This document shows positions 38,004-52,003 of a stretch of 64,000 bases of DNA, one piece after another. Source of the DNA: Antedon mediterranea (lineage: Eukaryota; Animalia; Echinodermata); the NCBI RefSeq assembly GCF_964355755.1, contig NC_092679.1, positions 5,548,201 to 5,612,200 on the forward strand, in the 5' to 3' direction. A model generated the notes under the pieces. It had not been told where the DNA came from and did not search any database. It saw only the letters and a program-made list of their open reading frames with translations. Position 1 is the first letter of the stretch, and each line of letters opens with the position of its first letter. A program made the translations under genes and the position numbers.

Positions 38004-39766
38004 CTTATCAACAGAGTTATTGACTAATCTTTAACAACAGTGAACCGTTTGCAACGCCTATGTCCCAGAAAGTTCTGAAGGTTCGTCGATGCGTTTATAG
38101 TTAAATGGGGCAAGTAACGCATTTTATACAGAATCGTTCTCCAATTGGTGTCTTTACAACAATATCCATTGAAATAATGTACCCGTTGAATTGGAAGTAA
38201 CCATACAGGGGCGCTCTGTTTACCAAAATCAGTTAATCTGAGCATTAAAAAAATGACAATGCATCGAAAATATATAATGAGACGCTTATAGGCATAACGG
38301 CGTCGGTTTTATGCATGGTTACAGTATTATTACATTGTTCCGAACATACGGTAATTAATAACTCTGATACTGGTTTCTACCCTGTGATAGTCAATCATAT
38401 CTGTTTTTTAGTTGGGGTGAACATCAACCCCCATAACCAAGCTTATAATACTCTACCGCCCTTATCTTCCCAAATTGTTGTATTCAATTTGGGAAATGTA
38501 GGCCGCCTTTAAAAAAAAATCGTGCCCTGTATTTTATTCATCCTCACTGAGGAAAATTGGATTGGTTCTGCGGACCTACGGAAGCCACAGAGCTGCCGTC
38601 ACCTATCGCTTCTGGACCTTCTTATCCGAGAAGACAATTGTTCTACCACCAGACCATGGTCCTTGAACTACCTGTACCGATATTATGGATTTATGGATGT
38701 TTTGTTTGTGTCCCCATCATTCCCATTAGAATGATGAATAATTCAATAATATGTATAGTTTAGTCGAACGGCGAGTGGTGGGGCGCCGTTTACCGAACCA
38801 AAGAGCCACAAATATCGGCATGGGTTCGAGTCCAACTCGCTCCTATAGTTCTGATGGTGGAGAAATTCTCGAATAAGGACTATAATAAACTGAGGTTCAC
38901 TGTACACAGTTTGACCTCCATTCAAGAGGGGGTTACCCCAGTGAACTGGTACAAGTCAGGGGATTACCACCTATCTGAGAGGTATAAATAAAATAATAAA
39001 TAAATAAATACAAAACAGCATATCAACCACACTTCATTGGTGATCTACTATCAACACGCTAATGTGTTATTAGTTTAAGCCTTCTTCATAAACCTGTAGA
39101 GTGCATTAATACTAATTAATATTTGACCATAGTATTTCAAGAACGAATTCTGCTCATTATATTTAATTCATTTCCACGTCTGTTCAATAACTTGCCTCCA
39201 AATGTTAAAGATAGTCTAGTTATTCCCTGTCATCATTTATATATTCACTTAAGAAAAACTTGCTTCAAATACCTGTCTGAACTCAACGAAATGTGAAATG
39301 TTATGTTAAACTGTTGTATATACTTGTGTTACTTTTTCTGTATTTAAGTTTATTTCATTGTTACACTTTAGGGGGTCGGAGGTCGCTCGATAGTGTTTTG
39401 CACTTTTTGACAATCCCGTCTGTAATATTTCTTTTCGTACATAAGTTGGGGAACCCTCGTGAAACGTCACAAAATAAACATGAATATGCATAGTCATATC
39501 CATATGGTGTGACGTAAGTATTGACGTCTACCCCCTGAAGTGCTATGTATCTTGTGATTTGTATTGGGCCTATTTATAAAAGACGAAATAAATTGAAATA
39601 AAAAAATACCAATTACGCCTACATTCCAATTTATTGCTACCATAAACAAGTGACTCTTCTGTCATTCATGGTAATTAGCCCCTTTAGATGCCAATTCATG
39701 TGCTAGATAAGGTATCATTATTTGATATTCTGTGCTCATAGTATACCACTTCGATTATCGGGACCT

Positions 39767-40088
39767 CCCCTGGATTCCATTACTGTACTGTCCCCTGGAT
39801 TCCATTACTGTACTGTCTCCTGGATTCTATTACTGTACTGTCTCCTGGATTCTATTACTGTACTGTCTCCTGGATTCCATTAGGCCTCTGTACTGTCCAC
39901 TGGATTCCATTACTGTACTGTCCCCTGGATTCAGTTACTGTACTGTCCCCTGGATTCCATTACTGTACTGTCCCCTGGATTACATTACTGTACTGTCCCC
40001 TGGATTCCATTACTGTACTGTCCCCTGGATTCCATTACTGTACTGTCCCCTGGATTCCATTACTGTACTGTCCCCTGGATTCCATTAC
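39767..40088. repeat. 26-bp minisatellite (about 12 copies)
   Basis: (CCCCTGGATTCCATTACTGTACTGT..)n. Confidence 0.93.
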
Positions 40089-41296
40089 AATAATCCAAAT
40101 ATAACCTTACCTTTGCGTGCATCCTCTTGTAGGCCTACGAAATGTCATACAATTCTCATATTATCACCTCTGATATTAATTATATAATTCATTTATTTAA
40201 GATGTCTTTATTGATGACTGTTAACTCCCTTAGTGACGCATATCGAATTCACTCACATAATACCGATCCTCCTTTTAAAGTCTCCACGTATTACATATGC
40301 AGCTCAACAGACGCTTATATATCAATATCTCAATATTTAAGATCTAACTTACTGCCTGGTAGGCCTATCGTACACCATCATTGGCACCCTACGGCGTGCA
40401 AAAGCTGATAATATGGCACAGTTTTTGTACGCGCGCGTTAATATTATTCTGTTGCTTGAACTCGACTCTGTTTTTTTTTGTTATAACAAATTATCAAATA
40501 TAACTTGTTCTGATTTTCAATTACATCCCCTTTAGGCCTATATATATTTTTTAACGTGACATTAGTAGCGCACCAATTTAATTTTATAACAGATACACCT
40601 TATATACCCAGGCGTATATTATTTTATTTTATTATGAATATTTAACTGAAATAGTACGCTTAAGATATAATTAATAGAAATACGAAACCCTAACACCCAG
40701 TTTAGACATATTTATACATAGTTATAATTACATTGATATTTATATACAGATGCATTGTAAATTTCACTCTTCCCTGGATTTATTTATTCCCTGATTCTTT
40801 GTTTTAGGCCTAACAATTCAAATATTTAAAAATATAATTGTTTTTTATGACATTGTTTTTGTGGTGTAAGACGCTTTGTTAAAGCGCCATAGAAATGAAA
40901 TAAAATTAAATAAATATGTAAAAGGAAGTAAAAATCGTGGATGTTTACAACATTTAAAGGTTGTTTGTTCCCAACAAGTATTTGAATCATGGTTGTGAAC
41001 AGCCATTATATAAAAGAGAAAAGTCATGATACAAAACGATGTTTCCTTATTTTGTTGGTAACCCTTTTATCAACACACAGTTTAAGCAAGTGATAACAAG
41101 CACGTGTACTTATTGTACTTCTTTTCCAACACCTGAGTGAAGCCAGTTAAAATAAACGAATGTTAAACAATGTTGACGTTAAGTTTGTTCCACTTAATGT
41201 CCAACCGTAAAAATAGCTTGGACACACGTATGGGCGGCCATTAAGGTCAATATAGAAAAACCTATACACAGGCTAGTATTAAATAACATCAGTAAA

Positions 41297-43447
41297 TCAT
41301 TCATCTTTTAACTCGGCTGACATGATCTTCGCAACCGTTCCAATGACCGCGTCCCAAGCCTCGTTCACGTCCGCTGTCCATACTTTCTCATCTAACCCTT
41401 TCTTGTATGAGTACATGAGTGCCGCGTGCACAGCCTGCAAGTTGACAGAAATAAATAAATACAGTTGTTTTGAAACATTTTTGTTCGGTAGTACCAAAGA
41501 ACTTATAACACAAGAATCTTCTGTTCGTCCGATGCGCGTAACAATTTCGAAAGGCATTGTGGGATAGAATAGAGCTATGGGTGGCGCCATTGTGAGCCAT
41601 GGAGTAGGGCGCCCGCATCAAATTAGAAAGTCAAAATCATAGAGGGGATCTGCTAATGCTCTAGGGGGATGCAGTAATTGACTGAGGAGTAGGGCGCCCG
41701 CATCAAATTAGAAAGTCAAAATCATAGAGGGGATCTGCTAATACTCTAGGGGGGATAGAGTAATTGACTTCCTAGTTTGGAGGGGGCGCTGCTCCATGCT
41801 GTGAAATGGCGTCGCCCAGTTTGACCTTTTAACCCTGTACTTCCGATACTGTGTTTTGAATGCAAATTGAAGAACAGGAGATTCTTGTGTTATAAGTTCT
41901 TTGGTAGTACAAAACAATGTTAAAAATATCTACAATAGAACCCATAATATTGGGGATATCTTCGAGACCCAACAAAGTGTCCCTTGATGAGGGTGTCTTG
42001 CCATGTTAAACATTTCCCATTGTACACGTCACAGGAAAGTGTCCATAGTGTAAGGGTGTCCCTTTAGTAAGTGTGTCCCAAAAGATGGGTTGTTATTTTG
42101 TCCGCCCACTATAAAAATAATTGACCGTACCGTAAAATGTTCTGGTTTAGCACCATACATCCGATGACGTTGACCGAGGTCCGAAATAATCGGTACAAGA
42201 AGCTCGAGGTCATCTAGGCCCTGGATAGCTCTACCGATCATTTCCATCACCTGCCGAGAATGATTTTGAAAAGATGTGTCTGCTCGAAGTTCAGCCTCTG
42301 TTGCATAGTTCATTTTACCAAAAGACCACAAATGTCTTATTGTTGGGTTCTCGTCAAGAAGCCTATGAAAAAGAACAAAGTGGAGATATAGCTTGGTGAT
42401 TAACGTGCTTGTTTTTCATTCTCAAGGTCCAGGGTTCTATCCTGACCTAGTGTCAGGGTTCAATACTGACCTAGTGTCAGGGTTCAATCATGACCCAGTG
42501 AGTGTCAGAGTTCAATGCTGAACTTGACAGGATTATAACTTGCGATTCACCATCCACCCCTAAGCAAATGAGCCTTTATAAGCACGATAAATTATAGCTT
42601 GCCCATCCTGTAATTGATGAATGTCTTGCTGTTGATGCGTATGAAATTATACATATAAATAAATAAATCAAGAAAATATAAATCTTTTTTTTAATTAATA
42701 AATTTTTAACTTTAATAAAAAAAAAAAACACCCCAAAAAACAACACACGCAGATGTATAGAGAAGGAATCAATGTATACTATCATAGATGTCAGCGAATT
42801 TTATCTAAACTAAGTATACGAACCACAGTAGTCATATCGTAACTATCCGGTATGTTTTTTAAGGGCCTCATTTTCAAAAGAAGTGTTGTTTTTGTCGCTT
42901 ACCTGGCGAAGAATACCATTCCATATTCAAGAAGATCTTTTTCAATGTACGCCCACGAATCCTGAACCAGCCATTTTTGTTGCAATGTAATCGGCGACTC
43001 TTGTTGACCTGATGCATTCACCACCTCTGAAATTGTGACTTCCTCCAAAGTGTGACCTTCTGACACTCCTCCTTCCTCTGACACTATTCCTCTTTCTTTT
43101 GGCATTGCTTTTTCTGTTGTTTCCTTCTGATCCAATACTGCAACGTTTCCATTTTGTAATGGCAGTGACATCATCTCCGACTGATTGTCATCATTATTGG
43201 ATATTTCTGTCGCAACTGCAATACCATTAACTACATCATTTTCTAACAAAGGGTTATCCACATAATTATCATTGTCATCATTAACTCCTGGTTTTCCACA
43301 TAGTGCGCGTTTTTTAGAAAACGGAGTCCCCGTTTGCACTCCAAAGTCATGTCGTGATCTTACGGAACCATTGAAGTTTTTTTTAGTTTTTGATGGAATC
43401 TGCAACTTGACGTTGTCTGTTGTCGATTTACTTTCAAGACACCCCAT
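41297..43447 (-). CDS. Long globin (304 aa) with a ~150-aa N-terminal extension and an N-acylation motif (globin X-like architecture)
   Basis: Exons 43447-42903, 42362-42131, 41434-41297. Starts MGCLESK (Gly2 myristoylation, Cys3 palmitoylation, Ser6/Lys7). Globin domain: LVQDSW..GMVFFARLLDENPTIRHLWSF..FQNHSRQVMEMIG..LGQRHRMYGAKPEHFTAV..AW. Introns at B12.2 and G7.0. An acceptor at 43460 implies an upstream 5'UTR exon (candidate donor near 46786). Confidence 0.9.
41489..41909. mobile_element. MITE in intron 2 of the long globin, with an internal tandem duplication
   Basis: TIR TACCAAAGAACTTATAACACAAGAATCT / AGATTCTTGTGTTATAAGTTCTTTGGTA; duplicated unit at 41601 and 41685. Confidence 0.8.
42383..42575 (+). 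mobile_element. Degenerate tRNA-derived SINE with its B-box segment tandemly repeated (24 bp, about 4 copies)
   Basis: TAGCTTGGTGATTAACGTGC..CAGGGTTCTATCCTG, then (CTGACCTAGTGTCAGGGTTCAATA)n. Confidence 0.5.
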
Positions 43448-43669
43448 TATATTTTCCAACTGAAACTAACGTGAAGAATATTTTTATCAACATAATTATT
43501 TTAAGCTAGGAAACCTTATTCTCGATAATGTTTTCCAATAATGAAATAACAATACCATAATTAGGCTACTTTGACCTTTTTTATATTTAAAATAGAACAT
43601 TCAATCAGGAAAGAGTATAATTACTATTTCAGTATAGTAATTTTACTCTACCCTGATTCAATCATCAGT

Positions 43670-44686
43670 TCAATGATCTGCATCTCACGAAAACTTGGAT
43701 ACGCTCATAGATCTAGTTAATGGTGAACTAAAAAATGTTTCGGATTGGTTCATGTGCAATAAACTATCAATCAACGTTAAAAAAACTAATTACATAATTT
43801 TCCGCAATCAGCGAAATCCAATTAAATTAGAGAATGTAAATATTTATGTCAACAATAAAAGAATAGATAGAGTTAAATCGACTAAATTCCTTGGAGTACA
43901 TATTGATGAATTTCTCACATATAAGAATCACATCAATGTTACAGCTAGGAAAATATCTCGATATGTAAGTAAGTAAGTAAGACATTTTTTACCAACCTAT
44001 GCTCTCTGGACAATATACAAATCACTCATTGAACCAGTATTAAATTATTGCAACATAATATGGTGTAGTACATTTCCAAGTTATCTAGATGAGTTATTTA
44101 GACTCCAGAAAAGGGCATTACGAGCTATAACATGGTCAAAGTTTAATGATTCAATGACTGAATGTTTCTATAAATTTAAACTTCTTAAAATTGCGGATAT
44201 CAATAGGTACCAAATTGGGCTTTTCATGTATAATGTTACTACTAATCAGGACGTGCGTTTTTCATCGCTCTTTATTAAAAATGGTTCTTACCATTATTAT
44301 AATACAAGATCTAAAGACAAAATGAGACTCGGAAAACGTAATCGTACTTCTACTAGTTTTACTGTGTCATGTGTGGGAACTAAATTGTGGAATGACTTGA
44401 ATTACGAACTACAAAGTACCAAATCAATATTTATATTTAAATCATTGTTTAAAGAACATTTATTATCATTTTACAAATAATTTTAAAATAATACTTGTTG
44501 CAGGATTTAACTTTTTTTATTATTTATGTTTTAGTTTTTAGGCTAGTTAGGGACGTAGGGGGACACAATTAATCAAGCTCTTTTGAGTTTTTATATGTTT
44601 CCTTTTCATCTTTTTTTTTTTATGTTCTCATATATTGTTGTATATTTTCATGATTGATGATGAATAAAGAATATTTGAATTTGAAT
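43670..44686 (+). mobile_element. 5'-truncated LINE (CR1/L2 group), reverse transcriptase C-terminal region, frameshifted
   Basis: VSDWFMCNKLSINVKKT..KFLGVHID..IYKSLIEPVLNYCNIIW..HYYNTR..GTKLWNDL..FKSLFK. A (GTAA)n disruption at about 43965; TTTGAATTTGAA tail. Confidence 0.88.
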
Positions 44687-47600
44687 GATTAAAGTATTGT
44701 CCCTTTGACTAATTCCCAAAAAAAGACATTTATACTTGTAGGTATTTCAATTTCCTTTTAAAGAATGTAATGTTTATTAAACAAATCAAAGCGTGTGTAA
44801 ATGTTTTACGATGTGTTGAAAATGGGATATGCTTATGACGTCATCAAGGATCGTCCTTTCCTTGTGATCGTCATATTCTGCAGTTTGAACAATCATTTTA
44901 AAGACTGGTGTAAATTATGCATTAGATATGATTAATTTAGAGAATAGATAGTGCAATGTTTCCAAGTATACTCATGCTCTTTAATGCAATATAGAGGTCC
45001 CTTCCCCTCCCCTCCTAGTAGGCCTGCACGTCAATGCCCTAGTACGGTAAGGTACAGTAAGTGCAAATCCGTCAAGTCCGGTGGTCAACCCTGGTCAACA
45101 TAACGTTGTCCTCCATGAAGATCACGTCGACGATGGCTGCATAATTGTAATCCCTTTTGGACATACTGCCTATTATGCAAGTCCATTGTCATATTAAACA
45201 GAATATTGATCTAGACATTTAGCATTTGGCAATGAGAGAAGATTTAGAAGTATCAAAGAATTTATTTTATTGTTGTCTAAATCGCCAACCATTATATTTT
45301 AACGTAACTACACTAATTAAAAGATGCGGAGATCACGTACTCTAATCTGTACAATACTGAATGAATACTGGAACTATTAACGAACGGCGTATGATTCAGA
45401 GCATGGTTTTATTAACCAATCTTACATACTTAGTTTCCACTATAGGACGCAGCGCAATGACGTACGCGCAACGCAAGTAATTTTGTCAATAACAGTCGTG
45501 TAAGCGATGGATTATTCGAACGGTTGCTTGTCATTGATCACCAATTGGATCACCCTCATTAAATTATGGTTCAAATAAAATAAAAATCAAATTGGTCAAC
45601 TCGCTAGAGTTTTGCTTAAGAACAAAGCTTTAGTGTACTTTAAGCAAACAGAAGGCTATCGCTATGGGATAATTATTTTTACTGATATCTACATACGGAA
45701 TTTCTTTTCAATTCGGTTCAATATAAAATATGTTAATGAAAATAAGTTAAGTCCAAAATTGTATTTTGTGTTTCTCAAACAAGTATGCCTACAATACCTC
45801 ATTTTTACAATTACCATAAGTAGGCCAGAAATACTGTATGAAAATGTTGTGAACCATGAAAATGAATCAATTGATGGTTACATTTGATCTAGAATCATAT
45901 TTCGCAAACAAACAATGGAAAATACAGGGGTAGCTGGTGGGTTGGAATTTTTGCGAGCTAGTTTCAAGTTGAGCGTGAAAAGAGTTTAGAAACCTGACAC
46001 CAAAGTGACACAGGTAAACTCTATGTAAATATTATTCTACCCCTTTCAGAACATGTGTACTGCATACTAAGTTGTCAATAATAGTCACCTAATGCATACT
46101 TTATATAGATCAGGTGTGTAAATGGGCTATTCGGATAAAAGTATAAGGCCTATATACTTAGTTAGCTTCCGTTAGGGCGAGGCAAATTCTTAAAATGTTT
46201 GAAATAATCAACAGGAGCCTATTATGTGATTCGGTTCACGGTGGTACGATCATATTTATGCATGTTTTTTTTAAGATAAATTTTAAAAAAACGCAATATC
46301 ATAAATTGGAGAAGAACTAGGCCTCAAAGAGGAGAGAAAGAAGACGACTATAACAAAAAGAGTTTAAAATTAAATCAAATATAAATTATATTGAAATTGA
46401 ATATAAAACATCTTAAAATTCAATACTCTGATCTTTTTGTTTTTTTTTTCTATATGACGGAGTGCAAACACACAACAATTGTATGTTCATACATAAAAAA
46501 TATAATATTGGCATAGCCTATGCCTATCATATTTTCATCCATAAAAAATATAATATTTGCATATCATGATCATTCAGTCAAACAACTGAGGAAAAATTAG
46601 TTTGAATTGATGTTCGAAAAAAATGTTCAACTATAAGCCCTCAACCGTGATGTCATTGGTACGGACCATAGTGAAGTACTCCGTTTGGTGCAATGTTTTA
46701 ATAAAAGAAATTGTCAAGATCATTCTAATCTGTACATTAATGAATGAAAAGGTATTACGAAAACATAATAAATAAAAAAATGTTACCTTTAAAAATGCAA
46801 AACGTCTCTCGTTAAGCGCACATCCAGCTGCTGATACGGAGTTTACTATACAACTTCCACTTTTAAAGTGCACCCTGGGAGACGTTCTTAAGTGCCGGTT
46901 AACGACCAGGTAAGTTTAAGTAAAGATTGGAAAAGAAAAGGTGTACTTGTAAAATAAAGGCGCCTATGGCATTGAGTATTGCCTAAGTCAATAGGCAAGG
47001 GCGACTTGAACGTTTGTTTTTAACATAATCCCTATGAGAAAAAACTGTACACAATAAAACACATTCTATTCACCTTTTTGTTCAAAAATGACTATGCAAT
47101 TTTCTTATTCAAGATTTTTTAATATAGGCTAAAGAAGATTTGTCGCCAGAATTTGGAAAAAGAGTTAAGATAAGGTGAGTCGCGTCATGTACAAAAATAA
47201 AGTTATACCGGTTCTATGTAGGGCTACAATAGGCCTACTCAAACTTAAATTCCAGTGACATGACTTCAAATAGATGCAGAGAAGAGTTACTCTTCCCTGG
47301 TAGAACATCCATTAAAATTGTATTATAAAAAGATCGTTTCAAACGCAAATCTCTCGGGATGTAATCTCTGGCATTCGGTAATATTCAACAGGTTATTTTC
47401 TGTCTGCTTTATCATTACAATTCGTTTCAATATTTGGGAGATAAACCTTTATATAAAAACTAAATCCACAACTTCCCTTTTGGATTAAAAGCTTAAACAA
47501 ATCTGTGGTTGGTATCACAGACTTTTTAACAGTTCTTACTTTTATATTTGTTAGAGTAATACGGTCCTTTAAATCGAAACGAAAGTGGGTTGCGGGCGCT

Positions 47601-47785
47601 AGATTGGTGAGAGGAGCTCTACTTTCCCGTGGCGGACTTCAATTAATTTAAAACAATAATAATCAATAAAAACTCAGATTAGATTAGAATAGAATATTAA
47701 AAGAAACAAAATGATATTTTTTGGGTACAATTACAGAGAATTTTGAAGAGGAGATAATAATATTGTGTTTATCCAAAATGTCATA

Positions 47786-48202
47786 CCGTCAATCTTCTAA
47801 TAGTAGAACTGCCTTTCTAATTATAGTAACCCACATTATAAGTCAATCTATGATAATAACCCACTACTCTAATAGTAACCCATGGGGGTTACTATCAGAG
47901 TCACAAAAACTATTGAAAAAATTACATTATGAAGACTGTCCGTTTAATGACGTACAGCCGGATTTTGAAAATTAGGAGATAATGCATGTTTGACATTGAG
48001 TGTTTTGCGTTTATAAAATAAATTTGTTTATTCGTACTGTTTTATTATTTTGCTATGAGTTGCTGACCGGAAAAGTTGGGATGGGTTACTATTTTCAGGT
48101 GCCTAATTTAAGATTAGTAATAGTAACCCCCCTTCTAATTGTAACCCACCCTAAAAAACAATCAAAGAATAATAACCAGGGATACAATTAGAAGATTTAC
48201 GG
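47786..48202. mobile_element. Second copy of the same mariner-type MITE, without the minisatellite expansion
   Basis: TA|CCGTCAATCTTCTAAT...GAAGATTTACGG|TA; internal sequence matches 11183-11922. Confidence 0.85.
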
Positions 48203-49194
48203 TATAATATGTGACTAGCCCGATCAAGAATTTAAGTAACTCAGATTAAACTTAAACAAGAAAGAAAGATTAGAATATTAAAAGAAACAATTATATTTTT
48301 TGGGTAGGGAACTAGAGAATATAATATTGTTTTTATCCATATTATAACCAATGGTTTAGTAATAGTATCTATTAAATTAAACAAAGTCTTCAATTATGAT
48401 TGTACGGTATCTGAGTTATTATTAATATTTATTATTAGTCAATTCATTTTTAAGCTATTTCATTGAAAAGTAGTGTAGTAGTAGTAGCCTCTCCATACAA
48501 ACAACAAAATTAGTACTGATTCAAAAACGCCACCAATTTTTTCAGTGGTCGCAATATCCCGTATGGTTGTGTAAACAACAGTAGTCTGTTTTTGTTAATA
48601 AAAGTGTGGGGAATGAATGTTGTACTTTGTTTACCTATTGATATTATGTGTCTGTTTAAAATATGATTATCACTGGATTTTGATATTAAACTAATCACAG
48701 GACAAAGGTTAGTGATCTAGGTTGCATTGTAAGTGAAATATTAATGAGAGAAGAGAAATAAAGTCATCGAAAGTGAAGGCCGGTATCAACAAACTGCTAG
48801 CCTAACTAAGCCCATCCAAGGCTAAATTCAGTCGCGCAAACCGACCATTCTCACCGTGCGTAGAGAGCTAAAGTAAGCCTTATCTTATGAGGAATGTTTG
48901 GGCTAGGCTTATTATTGAGTAAAATGTTTCAAATTTTCAATACAGGTTAAATAATATGTCATACAGTCATGGTACCTATTGATTATATTTTTAAACTTTT
49001 AATTTATTTATTTAGGTAGGCCTAAACTACAGTAAGTCTATAAATTTAAAAACAATGATGTAGGCCTATCTATTCTAGGCCTAGGTAGAGGTAGACTAAA
49101 TACAAAAGTCAAATAGAAAAGCCTAAGTTGTTTTTTTTTAAATAAAAATTATAGTAGGGCCTAGCCTAGCTAGCTAAGCCCTATACACTCAGTA

Positions 49195-49363
49195 TGGGTC
49201 TTTCACACCTGTTCCAGCACGGTCCCGGTCCGGCGACTGGCAAATCCAATCAAACATCATTTTTATGTGGCTACATGCATATCGATTGGTGCATATATAG
49301 CCGCGTGGAGCGTCGTGAAAACGCATTCATCGGAACCGTACCGGAACAGGTGTGAAAGACCCA
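49195..49363. mobile_element. Harbinger-like MITE
   Basis: TGGGTCTTTCACACCTGTTCC / GGAACAGGTGTGAAAGACCCA perfect TIRs. Confidence 0.8.
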
Positions 49364-52003
49364 TTATACGAGGCTATATTCATCACTTTTTAATACTAAA
49401 TAGTGATTTTTGTTTGTCTTACTCTTATTAAATTTTTCAATTTAATAATAATTAATATATTTTTGTATATTGTTTTCTAACATTTGTTTTCTCAGACTAC
49501 AGTACTGTAGGGGTAGAATAGGAGAACAGGTAGACAATTAGAGTTTCTGAAATTGTTTTAATTGTTTTATTTTAAATAATGATAATAGAATGCCTGATAA
49601 TTTAATATTTATAATGCAGATCATTTGAGTGCCACACACTTACACTACAGTAACATGTGTGACATGTTACTTTGTATTGTACAGTATCTTCACATACTGT
49701 ATGTCCATGTATTGTAGCTGCTACAGAGTCCCACAGCTTGCTATTTATTAAACAATTCAATTAAATATACATATAAAATATTGTATGTCTGCCTAGCTAA
49801 AGCCACTGTAACAATACAAACTACTGTACTGCTTATTTTCAAACACAAACCTTTGCATTGTAATCTCATTTAGTACCATTAATTAGCACTTACAGTATAT
49901 CAACGTTCATTAGAACATAGTAACTAAATAGCGTAAGACTAAAACATACAGTAATTAGCCAATCAAATGGCACGTATAAACCATGAAGGTATAATTATAC
50001 CGCCATTGATAAACTAAGGTGTTTTATTAATTGATATAATTAGTAGTTTCTGTATTAGAAAATAACATAAAATTTTAATTGTAAAAATACATACAGTAAT
50101 ACATTCTCCCATATTACATTTTTAGATTCAACGCACTATCACCAGACAGGTGGAGAGGAACCCATTGCCTATAGCTTTTAAACAGTGTACATTCTGATAC
50201 AATGAACAATTAAAAAAAATAAAAATCCCACCTGGCCAATCTTATACAGCTTTTAGTATAGATAGAATAAAGAGAACACTTTGATGCCTCAGTACAGTAC
50301 ATGGTAGCATAGTACTGTATCTAGTTGACTACACATTATGTGTTAATAGGCAGTCATGTGCAATCGACTGGTTAATGTATTAATACATTATTAAGGAAAA
50401 TGCGATCAAGTGTTATTAACTACAATACAAACGTTGGTTTCTTTTTTAATTGATTATTTCCAAGCGACAGTTTATCAACTTAGATAATAGAAACCAGAAA
50501 TATTGTAACACAAAAGTAAATTTTTTAAGGAAAACTTTTATAAGAACAACAACTGACTGTTTGATGTCAAATTATTCTTGTCAAAGCACCTACTGTTACT
50601 GTTATACGTCAATAAAGTGCAATTTATATTCTAAAGCTCTTTCTGCATACAATATCAAACTTTATGTACCAAAAAATATGATGTGCCCATATATGGACAC
50701 GATGATGTTATATTACTACCAAATTTGGGCATTTACAATATCAATACCATATTTGAGCACATCACACTTTTTTTGTCAAACTAGTTTGATAGTGTAAACC
50801 AAGCATTAGATACTTGGCCTAAAACCCTCTGTAGCTTAGCACTAGACTCACTTTAAAATGCCTTGTACACAAGACCTCCTAACTACGGTAGGCCTAAAAT
50901 AATTTAATGAATTTGAATTTAGGAGTATCTTTACATTGTGAAAGAAGAACCTGTTATACAATCAGTCCAGTTATTCAATACTGAATTGAGAATAAAGGAG
51001 AAGGATATATGTTTGTATGTCACTTTGCCATTCATGATTCATTGTCTATTTATGAATGGAATCCTTTTAAACCTCAAACAATGATCAACAAACTACTGTT
51101 CTCAACTCTCACTATTTAACACTCTGTAAACTTTACTGAAAAATTGAAAATAAAAGAACCATGATGTCCAATTTTCAGGACATCTAATGTTTTTATTTGA
51201 TTATGTTTTTCCTTTGTAATGTATTACTGTATATGATAAAATTAAAAAAAATCTAATGTTTAAAAAGAATTCAAATGTACTGTACAGTTGGAATTTAGCT
51301 ATTTAGATGTTACGGAAATTTGACAGCATAATAGTTAATACCACTTTTATATGTTTTAACCATTTATATTGTCTACAGTATCAATGACAATCATAAAAAA
51401 ATAGGATGAATGTGCTAACTGTATGTTGGCGTTATATGTGGCGTTAAGTTGATTATTGGTGTTCAAAATAATAATACTGTCATAGAATTCTTCCAGTGAA
51501 AAGTTACTTTTAAATGGAGCTATTATTCATTAATAAGTTGTACAAATACAAACTTACTGTAATGAAATGTAAATAAATTCAAAGTAATCTATATGAGAAA
51601 TACAGTACATTCAATATCTTCTTTCTACTCAACAGTATTGATAAACATTCACTATCTATTTGGTTTCTCACAATTTATTTTTAATCTTTGCTACCATATC
51701 TTTCTGGCGTCGAATCATTTGATCTATAACCAATCCCAATCCATTTTGCTCATCTTCTTTCAAGACGTGATTACGAGTTCTGTAACGACTTGCTATAATG
51801 GGTCATTTTGAGTGCACTGACTGCTGACTGCTAGTTTTTATCCAGCATTGTAGGTGCCTTGATGGTTTATGCTAATTTTAACCAAAAGTCTAGCTGCATG
51901 ATTTTAACTAATGTTGTACAGATTTTTAGTTGACTATGTTTTAAAAAGCAAAAAAAATATTGCACAAAATGATAATAATTTTTTTTTTTTTATAGGAATA
52001 AAA

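Noticed and set aside
39732-40187. 151-aa Cys/Pro-rich ORF
   Set aside because: Translation of the 26-bp minisatellite.
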